Source: Bradymonadia bacterium (lineage in GTDB: Bacteria > Myxococcota_A > Bradymonadia > UBA7976 > UBA1532). From it: DNA of 64,000 bases. A program made the translations under genes and the position numbers. This document shows positions 1 to 13,461 of this stretch, piece by piece. Location: positions 64,001 through 128,000 of the forward strand of contig JBKAGE010000034.1 in the NCBI GenBank assembly GCA_046290225.1, read 5' to 3'. Numbering within the stretch: position 1 is the stretch's first letter; each line of letters begins with the position of its first letter. The notes below the pieces were generated by a model. The model searched no databases, was not told the origin of the DNA, and saw only the letters and a list, made by a program, of their open reading frames with translations.

Positions 1-302
1 TTCACCATGCCCTTGCGACACAAGAACCATGTGCCCATGGCGTCGAAGATGCCAAAGCCCGCCACGACGTCGAGGGCGAGCCGTCGATCAGGGGGCACGA
101 AGTCTTCGATGCCGAAGAGCCCGAAAACCCTCGGCAGCAGCATCAGCGTGCCCCAAATCGCGCATGCAGTGAGGGCGGCGATGGCCAGCCGCCTCGACAT
201 GGTGGACTCGACGTCGGGGGGCAGGCTGTTGCGCGCGGCGGTGATGCCGCCGGTGAGGGTGGTGGCCTGCTCGAGCTGCTTGAACAGTGCGGTGTCAGAC
301 AC
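1..302 (-). CDS. 5' part of a membrane protein, probably a membrane-anchored Ser/Thr kinase (runs off the window edge)
   Basis: Not in the ORF track. Manual translation from GTG at 302: VSDTALFKQLEQATTLTGGITAARNSLPPDVESTMSRRLAIAALTACAIWGTLMLL...WFLCRKGMV, open to position 1. Resembles the N-terminus of the kinase at 7525-9186. Confidence 0.6.
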   Translation of the reverse strand, partial: MSDTALFKQLEQATTLTGGITAARNSLPPDVESTMSRRLAIAALTACAIWGTLMLLPRVFGLFGIEDFVPPDRRLALDVVAGFGIFDAMGTWFLCRKGMV

Positions 303-412
303 CTGAGGTGACTCCCGAGGCCGCGACGTGCCCATACCTCAAGGGCCAACCCCCCTGAGGCTTTGTTTGTGACGAGACGCACCCCCTCAGTCAAGGGGCA
401 CGCCTCTGATCC

Positions 413-1108
413 TCAAGGGGTGCCGGCGAGATCGTAAATCTTCAAGTTGTCGAAGGTGGTGGGCGACTCCCAGTTGCCGAACCCGAAGTGCTCCGGCACC
501 CCCGACGGATGATATGGATAGGTCAACATCAGAGCGCCGTCCACATACCACCTCACGGTGTCGTCGGTGCGCTCAATGGTCCAGTGATAGTCGAGGCCAG
601 GCACGACACACTGGGTCTTGCCCCCGGGCTGAGCACAGGGCCGGTTGTCGACCTTGCGATCCTCGCTGTGCTCGTCGTTGTGGGCCAGGGTGATGATCTT
701 GTTGCTCCACCCACCGTAGATGAAGATGTAGCCACTCTGGTGCATGCGGCCGTCACCGAAGGCCTCCACCTTGAGATCGCCCTTGTCGCCTTCGGCGCGC
801 ACATCGACCTCGATGCGCACCTTCTCCGGGAGAGGCTTCTGGAGCCAGAGGGTGGCGTTGTGGATCCCCTGCCCTTTCAGGCGGCCGTTCTCGATGATCC
901 AGGTGCCGGCTTCCCAGCCCTGGTCAGCCTTCGCAGGCAGGTAGTCTCCACCCACCTCTCCGCGCTCGAAGGCATCCTCGAAGACGAGCTGCCCCCGAGG
1001 TTCGGGGGTGGGATCCTGAGCATAGCGCGCCCACACGAGGCCGCTGAGCGCACCGACGAAGCCCAGCCAGCCGAGGGGCACGAGCACTTTCCGTGGAACC
1101 TTGGCCAT
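413..1108 (-). CDS. Membrane-anchored ConA-like (lectin/glucanase beta-sandwich) protein
   Basis: N-terminal TM segment, then VFEDAFER...WIIENGRL...VRWYVDG...FDNLKIY pattern typical of DUF1080/ConA-like domains. Confidence 0.6.
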   Translation of the reverse strand: MAKVPRKVLVPLGWLGFVGALSGLVWARYAQDPTPEPRGQLVFEDAFERGEVGGDYLPAKADQGWEAGTWIIENGRLKGQGIHNATLWLQKPLPEKVRIEVDVRAEGDKGDLKVEAFGDGRMHQSGYIFIYGGWSNKIITLAHNDEHSEDRKVDNRPCAQPGGKTQCVVPGLDYHWTIERTDDTVRWYVDGALMLTYPYHPSGVPEHFGFGNWESPTTFDNLKIYDLAGTP

Positions 1109-1113
1109 TGGGC

Positions 1114-2985
1114 TCAGTCACCCTCTCCAGGGCTCCGGCGTCCAGTACGGCTGAGCTTCACCGTAGAGGGCCCTTCACGGCCTTCGCTCGGGGACGAGAG
1201 TGTGGGCAACGGGTTGGTGTCGGCGCTCACCGAGGGCTCGGCCACCAGGGTCGCAGCCCCTTCTCCATCTGAAGGCGGTGGCGCCAACGAGGGCAGACCT
1301 TCGTCGTCGTCTTCGATGATCTCCTCGATGTCCTCAGCTTCGATCTCTTCGTCGATGGAAGACGTGTCGGTGCCGTCGAGGGTCTCCTCCGCCATGAGTG
1401 CGTCTCGGCGATCCTCATCGGGATCTTCCATCACCGTGGAGCCGTCCTCGGGCAGCTCGTCGACGCTGCTCATGCTCGACGACGCTCCTGAGCTCGACGC
1501 AGCACCATCAGAAGGCGCAGGCGTGAGATCTTCCAGCCCGGGCCGTGCATCCATGTCTACGTGCCCTGCAGCGGCGTGCTCGTCGATGCGCATCAGCGGA
1601 TCGGTGTTGCGCGCGTTCTCCGCGAAGAGGAAGCCGGGGATCAGCTCGTCGGTGACCCCCACCGGCAAGGCAGCGACGGCGGCGATGGCGGGATCCATCT
1701 CCGGCATGGCCACCTGTGAGGCCTGGCCGGTGCCCTTCTGCTTGAGCACGTCGATGGTCTCTCGGGCGCTGAGCAGCTCGCTGTTGGTCATGCGCAGGCG
1801 CGTGTTGAGCACCTGGATGAAGCTCCAGAGCAGCTTCACTGCCATCACGGCGTCTTTACGCATCAGCTCATAGAACTGCTGTCGCTGGATCACGAGGCAG
1901 TGGGTGTCGGAGAGCGTGCGGGCGGAGGCCGATCGGGGCGACTTGTCCACCATGGCCATCTCGCCGAAGTGACCCCCTTCGCCCAGCTCGGCGAGCTGTA
2001 CGCCCCCCTTCTCGATGCGGATGCGCCCTTGCAACACGATGAAGAAGGTGTCCCCTCGGGTGCCCTCTTCGAAGATGAGGGTGTTCTGAGGGAACGCCCT
2101 GGTCTCGGTGATGTTCATCACCTTCACCAGGCTCTTGTAGCCGAGGTACTTGAACAACGGGATGGACCGCAGCGTGTCGAGCTTGTGACGCACCTCTTCG
2201 GTGGCGTCGTCTCGGCGATCGGCCTCGTCGGGGGCCATGCGAATGACGATGGCGGTGATGTTGTCCTTGCCACCACACTCATTCGCCAGTCGGATGAACC
2301 GCTCAGGCAGCTCTTTGATCTCCTGCCCTTTGAGGATGTCCCGAGTGATGTCGTCGTCGATGTAACAGCTCAGGCCGTCTGAGCAGATGAGGAAGTCATC
2401 CCCGGGGAGCACGTCGAAGTCGAGGGTGTCCACTTCAACGTCGGGGTACACCCCAACGGCCCGGGTCACGGCGTTCTTGTAGGGGCTGTCGAAGACATCG
2501 CCGGGCTTCAGGCGGCCCCGCTTGATCAGCTCGTTCACCAGGGAGTGGTCCTCGGTGAGCTGATGCACCTGATTGTTGCGCAGCATGTAGATGCGGCTGT
2601 CGCCCACATGGGCGATGAAGCCCCGACGGCCACTCACCAGCATCAGGCTGGTGGTGGTGCCCATGCCTCGTCGATCAGGGTTCTCTTCGGCGAGCTCATG
2701 GATTCGAGCACACGCCTGCTTGATGGACTTCTCCAGCAGGCTGAGCAACGCTGCCCGGTCGTCGGCAGATTGAGACTTCTGATACTGGTCGATGACGTCG
2801 CGGTGCTCAGCCACCACCCGTCTGACCTCGCGGACCGCCACTGAGGAGGCGATCTCACCCGCGGCGTGCCCCCCCATCCCATCGGCGACGATGAAGAGGT
2901 TCAGCTTCTTGTCCACGAGGAAGTTGTCCTCGTTGTGATCTCGGGTGCGGCCAACATCGGTGGCGGCCCAGAACCGAACCTCCAT
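1114..2985 (-). CDS. PP2C-type Ser/Thr phosphatase with cyclic-nucleotide-binding domain and acidic tail
   Basis: TDVGRTRDHNED, VADGMGGH, HVGDSR, CSDGL, GGKDNIT motifs; cNMP domain FGEMAM...PRSASA. Start moved to ATG 2985 (MEVRFW). Confidence 0.92.
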   Translation of the reverse strand: MEVRFWAATDVGRTRDHNEDNFLVDKKLNLFIVADGMGGHAAGEIASSVAVREVRRVVAEHRDVIDQYQKSQSADDRAALLSLLEKSIKQACARIHELAEENPDRRGMGTTTSLMLVSGRRGFIAHVGDSRIYMLRNNQVHQLTEDHSLVNELIKRGRLKPGDVFDSPYKNAVTRAVGVYPDVEVDTLDFDVLPGDDFLICSDGLSCYIDDDITRDILKGQEIKELPERFIRLANECGGKDNITAIVIRMAPDEADRRDDATEEVRHKLDTLRSIPLFKYLGYKSLVKVMNITETRAFPQNTLIFEEGTRGDTFFIVLQGRIRIEKGGVQLAELGEGGHFGEMAMVDKSPRSASARTLSDTHCLVIQRQQFYELMRKDAVMAVKLLWSFIQVLNTRLRMTNSELLSARETIDVLKQKGTGQASQVAMPEMDPAIAAVAALPVGVTDELIPGFLFAENARNTDPLMRIDEHAAAGHVDMDARPGLEDLTPAPSDGAASSSGASSSMSSVDELPEDGSTVMEDPDEDRRDALMAEETLDGTDTSSIDEEIEAEDIEEIIEDDDEGLPSLAPPPSDGEGAATLVAEPSVSADTNPLPTLSSPSEGREGPSTVKLSRTGRRSPGEGD

Positions 2986-3046
2986 GACACGCCTTTCGCT
3001 GCCCTCGGAGGGGCCTCGCTGTGTGTAGGTGCTTGTTAGCGGTCTA

Positions 3047-4822
3047 TCACCGCCTTCGATCCTCGTCCAGCCCGTTGCGGTCTTCGATCCCCGCGGCGAG
3101 TTCGAGGAGCCACTGATCTTTCGGTGCGATTTTGAGGGCTTGCTTGAGGTGCCAGCGCGCTCGGGCCCTGGCCTGCGGCGCCCCCCGAGCGATCCACGGC
3201 AGCTCCGCGAGGGCGCTCTGACCATGGGACAAGGCCCACATCCGCCGGCCATCGAGATCGGCAGGTGGAGCACCGAGGACCGCATGTGCCTTCACCATGG
3301 CTTCGAGGCTCACGGGCGGGCCCCCTGCAGAGAGAGTGATCCCCCACGCCGCCGGTGGGATGGACATCTCGTCGATCTTCACCCCCGACTCGATGGCCAC
3401 GAACCAGCCCGCCTCGACGGCCCGTTGTGGGAAGTCTTCTACGAGGGGCGCCACCTCTGGGTAGGCCGCGGCCACGCGCTCTCGGGACCAGGGGGTGTGC
3501 ATGCGCCCGCGAAAGAGCGGCGCCACGTCAGGGCGCCGACCCTCGATGGCCCGGGCCCACCCATCGAGGAACCAGGCAGAGTAGTCGCTGTAGGCGATGA
3601 TGCTGTCTGGAGGCAAGGGCTCGAGGCGTGCCCGAGCGAGCAGCGTGGCGGAGCGCGCCCCCATGTGATGATGGGTGTCCACCTGAGGTAGCCAGATCAC
3701 GGCGAGGGCAGGCAGCACGGCCCAGCTGACTCTGCGGGTCGCAGAAGAAAGGGTGTCACAGGCAAGCCACGCCACGGCCCAGCCTGCGAGCACCGCGGGA
3801 GCGAGGTACCCGCCGATGTCGGGGTTCAGCCGATCGAAGGCGTAAGTGAACTTGGTGTAGAGCACGGGCAATGACACCGCCATTGCCCCTCCGATCACCC
3901 ACCATCGACCACGATCTCGAAGCAGCATCAGGGCTGCGCCTGCGATGCACAGCAAAATGACCCCACCCCCGATGGGCCCCACCTGATCGAGCCACCAGGA
4001 GAACAGATGAAACACCTGGTCGAGCGGCTCGGGCGATTCGATCTCCGTAAGACTGCTGGTGCGCCATGCGTGACCGCTGATGACCCGCCAGAACCGATCC
4101 AGCGTGTCTGGGGCCCCCCACCCCACGACGCCGCCCGCCCGGGCCCGGATCACGAGATGAGCATACAGACCCAGGCTGAGGATACCGGCAATCTCGGCGG
4201 GCAGGATGACGCGGGGGTGACGCTTCACCGCAGGCACCACGGCCCACAACGCCAGGGGCAACATACACAGGGCGAGCAAGGTGTGATTCGCCCCGGCGAT
4301 GCCGAGGAGCATCGACAGCTCCACCACCACTCGGCTGTCCATCGAGGATCGCAGGTGTGCCGCGGCGACCCGCTCCACCATGATCACCGTGAGCAACAAC
4401 TGCAGGGCGTACACCTCGGCCCGCACACCCTGAAGCCACAGCGTCGGCAGGGACAACGGCACCAGGGCCACCACAGCTGTGAGCCACCGGGGGGCTGACG
4501 GCGAGATGTGGCGCAGGATCAACGAGAACCACCCCATGGCTCCGGCGAGGGGCAGCACGCTGCCGAGGTTGGCCCGGAACCCTCCGCCGGCGAAGGGCAG
4601 CTGCATGATCCCGTGGGTGAGCTGCGTGTGGGCGGGGTGCCCCGGTGGGTGGGCGAGGCTCAGGCGGCGAGCGACAGCGCCGAACTCCCCGGTGTCGTGC
4701 CAGTGGGCCTCGGGGAGCGCGGTCCACGCGAGGGCCGCGCCGGCGAGGGCGGTGACCACCCAGGCCCAGGTCAGATCAGAGGCTCGCTGATCGGCGTTTC
4801 GATGTGCGCGACTCATAGACAC
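3047..4822 (-). CDS. DUF2723/TMEM260-like GT-C glycosyltransferase (protein O-mannosyltransferase-like)
   Basis: DTGEF...AHPPGHP, RAEVYAL, ANH and WG-P motifs; many TM helices. Confidence 0.8.
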   Translation of the reverse strand: MSMSRAHRNADQRASDLTWAWVVTALAGAALAWTALPEAHWHDTGEFGAVARRLSLAHPPGHPAHTQLTHGIMQLPFAGGGFRANLGSVLPLAGAMGWFSLILRHISPSAPRWLTAVVALVPLSLPTLWLQGVRAEVYALQLLLTVIMVERVAAAHLRSSMDSRVVVELSMLLGIAGANHTLLALCMLPLALWAVVPAVKRHPRVILPAEIAGILSLGLYAHLVIRARAGGVVGWGAPDTLDRFWRVISGHAWRTSSLTEIESPEPLDQVFHLFSWWLDQVGPIGGGVILLCIAGAALMLLRDRGRWWVIGGAMAVSLPVLYTKFTYAFDRLNPDIGGYLAPAVLAGWAVAWLACDTLSSATRRVSWAVLPALAVIWLPQVDTHHHMGARSATLLARARLEPLPPDSIIAYSDYSAWFLDGWARAIEGRRPDVAPLFRGRMHTPWSRERVAAAYPEVAPLVEDFPQRAVEAGWFVAIESGVKIDEMSIPPAAWGITLSAGGPPVSLEAMVKAHAVLGAPPADLDGRRMWALSHGQSALAELPWIARGAPQARARARWHLKQALKIAPKDQWLLELAAGIEDRNGLDEDRRR

Positions 4823-4882
4823 CTAAAGCGCCACCCTTATGCGGCCCGATGAAGAGATGACGCCCACCATGCGAGAGATCAG

Positions 4883-6022
4883 ATGGACGCCTCGAACGCC
4901 GTCACTGAAGCCCACGCCCCTCCAATTTTGGAAGACATCCGGCTGAAGATGCGCCGCGACTGGGATCGACGGGCCCAAGTGGATGCTCAGTACTGGGTCG
5001 CCGCCACAGCAGAGGCCGACGCCTCCAGCTATGATGCCTCGGCTCGACGCGACGTCAATGAGCTGGTCGGACATTTCTCCGGCAGGCTGGAGCTGCCCCG
5101 CAGCAACATCCTCGATCTGGGGTGTGGGATCGGGCGCCTGTCCGCCCCGCTCTCAGGGCTGTGCCGCTCGGTCACCGGGGTCGACGTCTCCGACAAGATG
5201 ATCGCCGAAGCCAGGCGTTTGCATGGTGGGGTGAGCAATCTCGATTTCATCACCACTTCAGGCGCAGATCTCCAACCGCTCGCCAACGGGACCTTCGACG
5301 CGGTCTTCAGCTTCTCGGTGTTGCCTCACCTGCCGCCGGACGTCGTCAGTTGCTACTTCACTGAGGCAAACCGTGTGCTCCGCGAGGGTGGATGGTTCAT
5401 TTATCAGTTCTGGGTGGGTCCGGAGCGGCCAGCGGCAGAGAACGACACGCTCACCATCAGGGTGTACAGCGAAGAGCAGCTCGACAAACTGCACAGCGAC
5501 AACGGCTTCGTCATCGACACCATCATGCAGATGGACTACTTCGATCCGGTCCTCGAGTTGCACCCCGTCTGGATCCTGTCTCGCAAGACCCGCCGGTCCG
5601 AGGCTGCCCTTCTCTTCAACCCCATGCGCCCCGCAGAGGCCTCCGAGACCGAGCAGAACCTCGAATCGGGCCTGCTGGTCTATCTCGCGGTGAAACATGG
5701 AGAGCGGGGCGAGATCCACGCCGCAGAGAAAGCCCTGGCCAAGGCCCTGGAGCTCGATCCCAAACGAGGCGAGGCCTACATCCAATGGGCAGGGCATCGA
5801 CTCGACGCCGGCGATCTCGAGGGGGCCTTCGATCTCTTCGAGCGCATGGTGCGGGTGTTGCCTGACATTCCCGTGGGCTGGCTCTATCGTGCCGAGGCCG
5901 CCCTGGCCCTGGGCAAACGCTCGCTCGCTCAGGCTTCGCTGGACCAGCTGTTCTCCATGAAAGATTTGCCCGGAGACGTGAAGGCCCACGGAGAGCGCAT
6001 CCAGATCAGGATCGAGGGTTAG
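4883..6022 (+). CDS. Class I SAM-dependent methyltransferase with C-terminal TPRs
   Basis: ILDLGCGIGR, GVDVS, FDAVFS, RVLREGG motifs; TPR-like helices (ALELDP). Confidence 0.85.
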   Translation: MDASNAVTEAHAPPILEDIRLKMRRDWDRRAQVDAQYWVAATAEADASSYDASARRDVNELVGHFSGRLELPRSNILDLGCGIGRLSAPLSGLCRSVTGVDVSDKMIAEARRLHGGVSNLDFITTSGADLQPLANGTFDAVFSFSVLPHLPPDVVSCYFTEANRVLREGGWFIYQFWVGPERPAAENDTLTIRVYSEEQLDKLHSDNGFVIDTIMQMDYFDPVLELHPVWILSRKTRRSEAALLFNPMRPAEASETEQNLESGLLVYLAVKHGERGEIHAAEKALAKALELDPKRGEAYIQWAGHRLDAGDLEGAFDLFERMVRVLPDIPVGWLYRAEAALALGKRSLAQASLDQLFSMKDLPGDVKAHGERIQIRIEG

Positions 6023-7473
6023 CGGGCAGCGAGGGCATCCAGCGTGCGTTGGTGGATGCCGCCAAAGCCACTCGACGACATGAACACCACGACATCCCCT
6101 GCCTGCGCATGCTCCACAAGATGCTCGATGATCTCCTCGACTGTGGCGCGGTAGATCGCTGATGCACCCCGCGACTCGATGTCGGCCACGAGCTGATCAA
6201 CGTCGAGCTTCTCTTCGTCAGCCAGATTGTCCTTCTTGATGTAAGGCCTCGCGAACACGACCTGGTCCGCGGCATCGAATGCCTCTGCGTAGGCCTGCTG
6301 GTGCACATTTCGGCGGGCGGTATTGCTCTTGGCCTCGTAGATGGCCCACAGGCGCCTGCCGGCATAGCGGGCCTTCAGAGCACGAAGAGTCTCGGCGATG
6401 GCCGTGGGGTGATGGGCGTAGTCGTCCACCACCAGCACACCCGAAGCCTCCCCCTTCTCCTCCTGGCGCTTTTTAACCCCGGTGAACCCCGCCAGGGCCT
6501 GGGAGAGCTGTGCCACACTCAAGCCCAGCTCCAAGCCCACACCAAAGGCAGCCAGGGTGTTCCAGATGTTGTGGCGCCCCGCGAGAGGCGAGACGATGCG
6601 GCCAAGCTCGCGGTTGTCCTTGACCAGGGTGAAGGCAAAACCAGCGCCTTCGGGGGCTTCATCCACGGCCCGCAGGCTGGCACCGGGCCCGAAACCGTAA
6701 TAAGTCACCCGGCCACGGGCGAGCTGAGCCCGCTCCACCACCAGCGGATCATCGACATTGGCGAGCAGGTGGGTGCGGGGGCCGAGCTGCCCCATCAGCC
6801 GCTCGAAGTTCTCAATGATCTCAGCGAGATCGTCATAGATGTCTGCATGATCAAATTCGATGTTGTTCAGCACACACGTCTGGGCGCGGTAGTGCAGAAA
6901 CTTTGGGCCCTTGTCGAACCACGCCGTGTCGTACTCGTCGCCTTCCACCACAAAGGGGCCACCCTCGCTGCCGATCAGATAGGTGGCATCGAAGTTGTGG
7001 GTCACACCGCCGACGAGCATGCCTGGCTGAAGACCCCCAGCGTGCAACAGCCACGTCGTGAGCGCTGTGGTGGTGGTCTTTCCATGCGTGCCCGAGATCA
7101 CCACCGGGTGCCGGCTTCGGAGAAACAAATCGCTGAGCGCTTGTGGGAAGGACACGGTGGCCAGTCCACCCTCGTGGGCGGCGACGGACTCCGGGTTGTC
7201 TCGCCGACAGACGTTGCCCACGATGACGAGATCAGGACCCCAGCCGAGATGGTCAGCGTGCCAGCCTTCGAACCAGCTGATGCCCCGGCTACGGAGCACA
7301 TCGCTCATGGGTGGGTAGACGTTGAGATCAGACCCTCTGACCTCGAACCCCGCTTCCTGAAGCATGCAGGCGAAGGCCCCCATTCCTGCCCCGGCCACAC
7401 CGATCAGATGGACCTTCTGCACGTCAGTGGGCATTTCTCGACGGATGTACCAGGGCTGGTGTGGCTTGGTCAT
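6019..7473 (-). CDS. mpl: UDP-MurNAc:L-Ala-gamma-D-Glu-mDAP ligase (murein peptide ligase)
   Basis: GVAGAGMG, SDLNVYPPMS, GTHGKTTTT, EGDEYDTAWFDKGPKFLHY, EFDHADIY, DDYAHHPTAI, MSSSGFGG. Confidence 0.93.
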   Translation of the reverse strand: MTKPHQPWYIRREMPTDVQKVHLIGVAGAGMGAFACMLQEAGFEVRGSDLNVYPPMSDVLRSRGISWFEGWHADHLGWGPDLVIVGNVCRRDNPESVAAHEGGLATVSFPQALSDLFLRSRHPVVISGTHGKTTTTALTTWLLHAGGLQPGMLVGGVTHNFDATYLIGSEGGPFVVEGDEYDTAWFDKGPKFLHYRAQTCVLNNIEFDHADIYDDLAEIIENFERLMGQLGPRTHLLANVDDPLVVERAQLARGRVTYYGFGPGASLRAVDEAPEGAGFAFTLVKDNRELGRIVSPLAGRHNIWNTLAAFGVGLELGLSVAQLSQALAGFTGVKKRQEEKGEASGVLVVDDYAHHPTAIAETLRALKARYAGRRLWAIYEAKSNTARRNVHQQAYAEAFDAADQVVFARPYIKKDNLADEEKLDVDQLVADIESRGASAIYRATVEEIIEHLVEHAQAGDVVVFMSSSGFGGIHQRTLDALAAR

Positions 7474-7524
7474 GGGGCTCCTCGAGGTGGGTGATGAACG
7501 GCCTCGAGGGGCATTATCACCGCA

Positions 7525-9186
7525 TCATCCCCAAGGACCTATTCTTTGCCCTTCGACCTCCCGCGAGGTCGGCAGCCCGATCGGCTTATGGGGGGTGGCC
7601 TCGACCTGAAACAGCTCGTCGGTGCTGTTTTCCTGTGCAGGAAGATGGTGACTCCACCAGCGCTCGGCAGCACGCTCCGACCAGGTGAGCTTGAGGGCCT
7701 CGAGCGCGCTGCCGAGGGCCCGCACACTGGCGAACCGCTCTGCAGGATCCTTGGCGAGGCACCTTCCGATGATCTCATCCAGAGCCTGAGGCATCTCGAA
7801 TTCGCTGAACTCAGAAGCCTTTGGAGGCTCAAGCTTCATGTGCTGGCTGATGAGCTCCATGGCGCTCCGACCTTCGAAGACAGGCCGACCTGTGAGCATG
7901 AAGAAGGCCACACACCCGAGGGCGTAGATGTCGACTGAGGGGCGAATCACCCCTTCGAGGGCCAGCTCTGGGGCCATATAGGTCGGGGTGCCGATGACCG
8001 CCCCTTCCTGAGTGAGTCGCACGTCGCTCTGCAAAGCCTGCTCTGCCTCGAGACCCACGAGGCCAAAGTCGAGGACCTTTGCGAAGTCGTGAGCCCCACC
8101 ATATCGGCACACGAAGATGTTCGCGGGCTTGACGTCGCGATGCACGAGGTTGCGGTGATGCGCCTCGGCGAGTGAGCGGCAGACTTGCGCGAGTATGTGC
8201 ACCGCTCGGGCCGGAGGCACTGGGCCATAACGGTTGATCAAAGTCTCGAGATCGAGGCCGTCGAGCAGCTCCATCACGTAGTAGAACCGCCCATCGGAGA
8301 CCCCGAAGTCGTACAACGCCACCGTGTGGGGGCTCTGCAGCGCCGCCGTAGCCTGGGCCTCACGCTCGAAGCGCCGCAATAGGGCGGCGTTGGCCAGGGA
8401 GCCCCCCTTCTCCGGTCGAATGAGCTTCACCGCCGCCGGCCGGGCGAGGAACCGATGGCTCGCCCGCCAGACCTCACCCATGCCGCCCTCTCCGAGCTTC
8501 TCTTCGAGGCGATAGCTGCCCATCTCGCTCACCACGGTGAGCTGCACCCCCATGCGATACACCATGCGGGAGAGCACGAGGCTGGTGAAGAGGATGGGGA
8601 TGAGAGGTACGAGACGATCCATCAACGCCGCCTCGGCGGGCATGGGCATGCCGAGCTGTACGTGCACCCAAATCGCCAGCGGATCTGCGGCGAGAGTGAG
8701 TGTGGTGGCGATCATCATCTTGAGGGGCGGTCCGGGGATCACCAGCGCGAAGATGAGGGCCCACAGAGCCGCTGGGGTGAAGCCTGGCAGAATGACGTCG
8801 GGCCACGGCCCGGCGTTGGTCAAGAAGGCCACCTGCATGGCCCCGAGCACCTGGTAGATGTAGCCGAGGTCGAGCACCCGGGCATGGCTCAGGCGGTCGG
8901 TCCGGCTCAGGCGATACAGCGCAAAGCCCGCCACGAGCGTGAAGACATGAGCCCCCACGTGCATCGGACCGAGATCCAGATGACGGGCCGCGGCGATGCG
9001 GTGCATGAAAGGGTTGCCGAAGATGGCGAACCCCAAGATGAACGCCGCTTTGATGATGATGGAGATCAGGCACACCGAGCCAAGCCGGTGGACGGCCTTC
9101 TGCATCAAGTCGGGCGACCACGAGCCGGTGAGGCCGGTGATGCGGGCAGTGGCCGCCAGCACAGGTTTGATGCCAGAGTTGCTCAT
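7525..9186 (-). CDS. Multi-TM membrane-anchored Ser/Thr protein kinase
   Basis: About 6 N-terminal TM segments; GEGGMGEV, AAVKLI, HRDVKPAN, DFGL, GTPTYMAPE. Confidence 0.93.
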   Translation of the reverse strand: MSNSGIKPVLAATARITGLTGSWSPDLMQKAVHRLGSVCLISIIIKAAFILGFAIFGNPFMHRIAAARHLDLGPMHVGAHVFTLVAGFALYRLSRTDRLSHARVLDLGYIYQVLGAMQVAFLTNAGPWPDVILPGFTPAALWALIFALVIPGPPLKMMIATTLTLAADPLAIWVHVQLGMPMPAEAALMDRLVPLIPILFTSLVLSRMVYRMGVQLTVVSEMGSYRLEEKLGEGGMGEVWRASHRFLARPAAVKLIRPEKGGSLANAALLRRFEREAQATAALQSPHTVALYDFGVSDGRFYYVMELLDGLDLETLINRYGPVPPARAVHILAQVCRSLAEAHHRNLVHRDVKPANIFVCRYGGAHDFAKVLDFGLVGLEAEQALQSDVRLTQEGAVIGTPTYMAPELALEGVIRPSVDIYALGCVAFFMLTGRPVFEGRSAMELISQHMKLEPPKASEFSEFEMPQALDEIIGRCLAKDPAERFASVRALGSALEALKLTWSERAAERWWSHHLPAQENSTDELFQVEATPHKPIGLPTSREVEGQRIGPWG

Positions 9187-9291
9187 GGACTCAGACTAGC
9201 GCCACCTGCCCTTCACCCCCAGGGCGGTTCACACGAGTTCACAATCGAATTGGCGGGGTGCGCCTGCGATGTGTGGCGTGCAGGCGCGCGC

Positions 9292-10161
9292 TCAGCGTTT
9301 CAGGGTGGTGCGACGCAACAACTGCTTCAAACCCTCTCGGTGCTGGCTCAGCTCGGCTTGTTCCGGGTGGGTGCTCTCCAACGCACGCAGCTGTGCGAGG
9401 TCATCTTGGAGCTTCCCTCTCGCCTCGTCGCTTTCACCAAAGCGCAGGTACATATACGTCCGATGGCGGATCGTGTTGACGAGGCTCGCGGTGAGGCGGC
9501 GCTGCCCGGGCCACTTCGTGACCAGCTCCGTCTTCAACCTGACCGCCTCGGCGAAGGCCGTCACAGCAGCCTCGCGATCTCCCAGACGGCCAGCAGCCCG
9601 GCCCAACCGGTGGAGCGAGCGGGCCAGGCCATGCTGGTACATACGGGTCGGGCCCTCCTCATCGACGAGCTGAAGTCGGATCTTCTCGGCGGCTTCCGCA
9701 TGTTCGAGGGCCAGATCGTTCTTCCGCGCCTTCAGCGCCAGATCTGCGAGGTGATCACATGTGTCGGCGAGCTCATGACGCGCCCTGGGCCCAGGCTCCT
9801 CGCTGAGGAGGTCACGGGCCTCGGTGTAGTGCGTCCGAGCGTCTTCGAGGTGTCCCATGCGCGAGGCTGCGTGTCCGAGGGCGTTGAGTGCCCTGGCGCG
9901 CTGTCGATGGGCTTCGAGGGAGCCCTCGTCGGCGTAGAACGTCTCCGCCAGATCGACAGCATCCTGGCCTGCCACGAGGGCGGACTCCAGCTCACCGGCC
10001 TTCCGGGCAGAGATGCTCTCGCTGACAAGGGCTCTGATCGATGCCCGAGTGTCGGTCTCTATCTCAGGCGCTGCGAGGGCCACAGTGGCCACGCCAGCGG
10101 TCATCCCCAACGTGAGTGCCCACGTTCGCAGAGAAGAACGACGGGTGATGTGCATCGGCAT
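9292..10161 (-). CDS. Secreted TPR-like helical repeat protein
   Basis: Signal peptide (VALA|AP) and TPR-like repeats; ATG 10161 follows a GGAG RBS. Confidence 0.65.
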   Translation of the reverse strand: MPMHITRRSSLRTWALTLGMTAGVATVALAAPEIETDTRASIRALVSESISARKAGELESALVAGQDAVDLAETFYADEGSLEAHRQRARALNALGHAASRMGHLEDARTHYTEARDLLSEEPGPRARHELADTCDHLADLALKARKNDLALEHAEAAEKIRLQLVDEEGPTRMYQHGLARSLHRLGRAAGRLGDREAAVTAFAEAVRLKTELVTKWPGQRRLTASLVNTIRHRTYMYLRFGESDEARGKLQDDLAQLRALESTHPEQAELSQHREGLKQLLRRTTLKR

Positions 10162-10440
10162 GATCTCTCCTGAGCAGTGCAAGGCCGTAGATGAATCAAT
10201 CGGCGCGATGGCCCTCACTTTGAAGTGACCAAGCCACCTTCGTGATGAGCCTCTGGTCAAGTGTTGTCAAGATGGTGCCCCGAAGGCGCAGGCCAGATCA
10301 TCTACCACAAGAGAAGAAACCTTCGCTCTGCAGGGATGTCGTTGTCCTGCGAGCAGGTTTCGCCGCCTTCTGGGAAAGTCGTTGCGCAGCGTGGGTAGAC
10401 TCGGCACCATCACTGGCATTTCCACCAACGGCCTGAACCC

Positions 10441-13428
<2,988 letters not shown>

Positions 13429-13461
13429 GGCTACGAAGGCTCACCAGCCCATCGGCACCGG

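Noticed and set aside
9227..9243. GTTCACA direct repeat (10-nt period) upstream of the kinase
   Set aside because: Only two 7-mers; could be chance and cannot be assigned to a regulator
10162..10440. LexA box upstream of uvrA
   Set aside because: No convincing match to SOS-box consensus sequences I know
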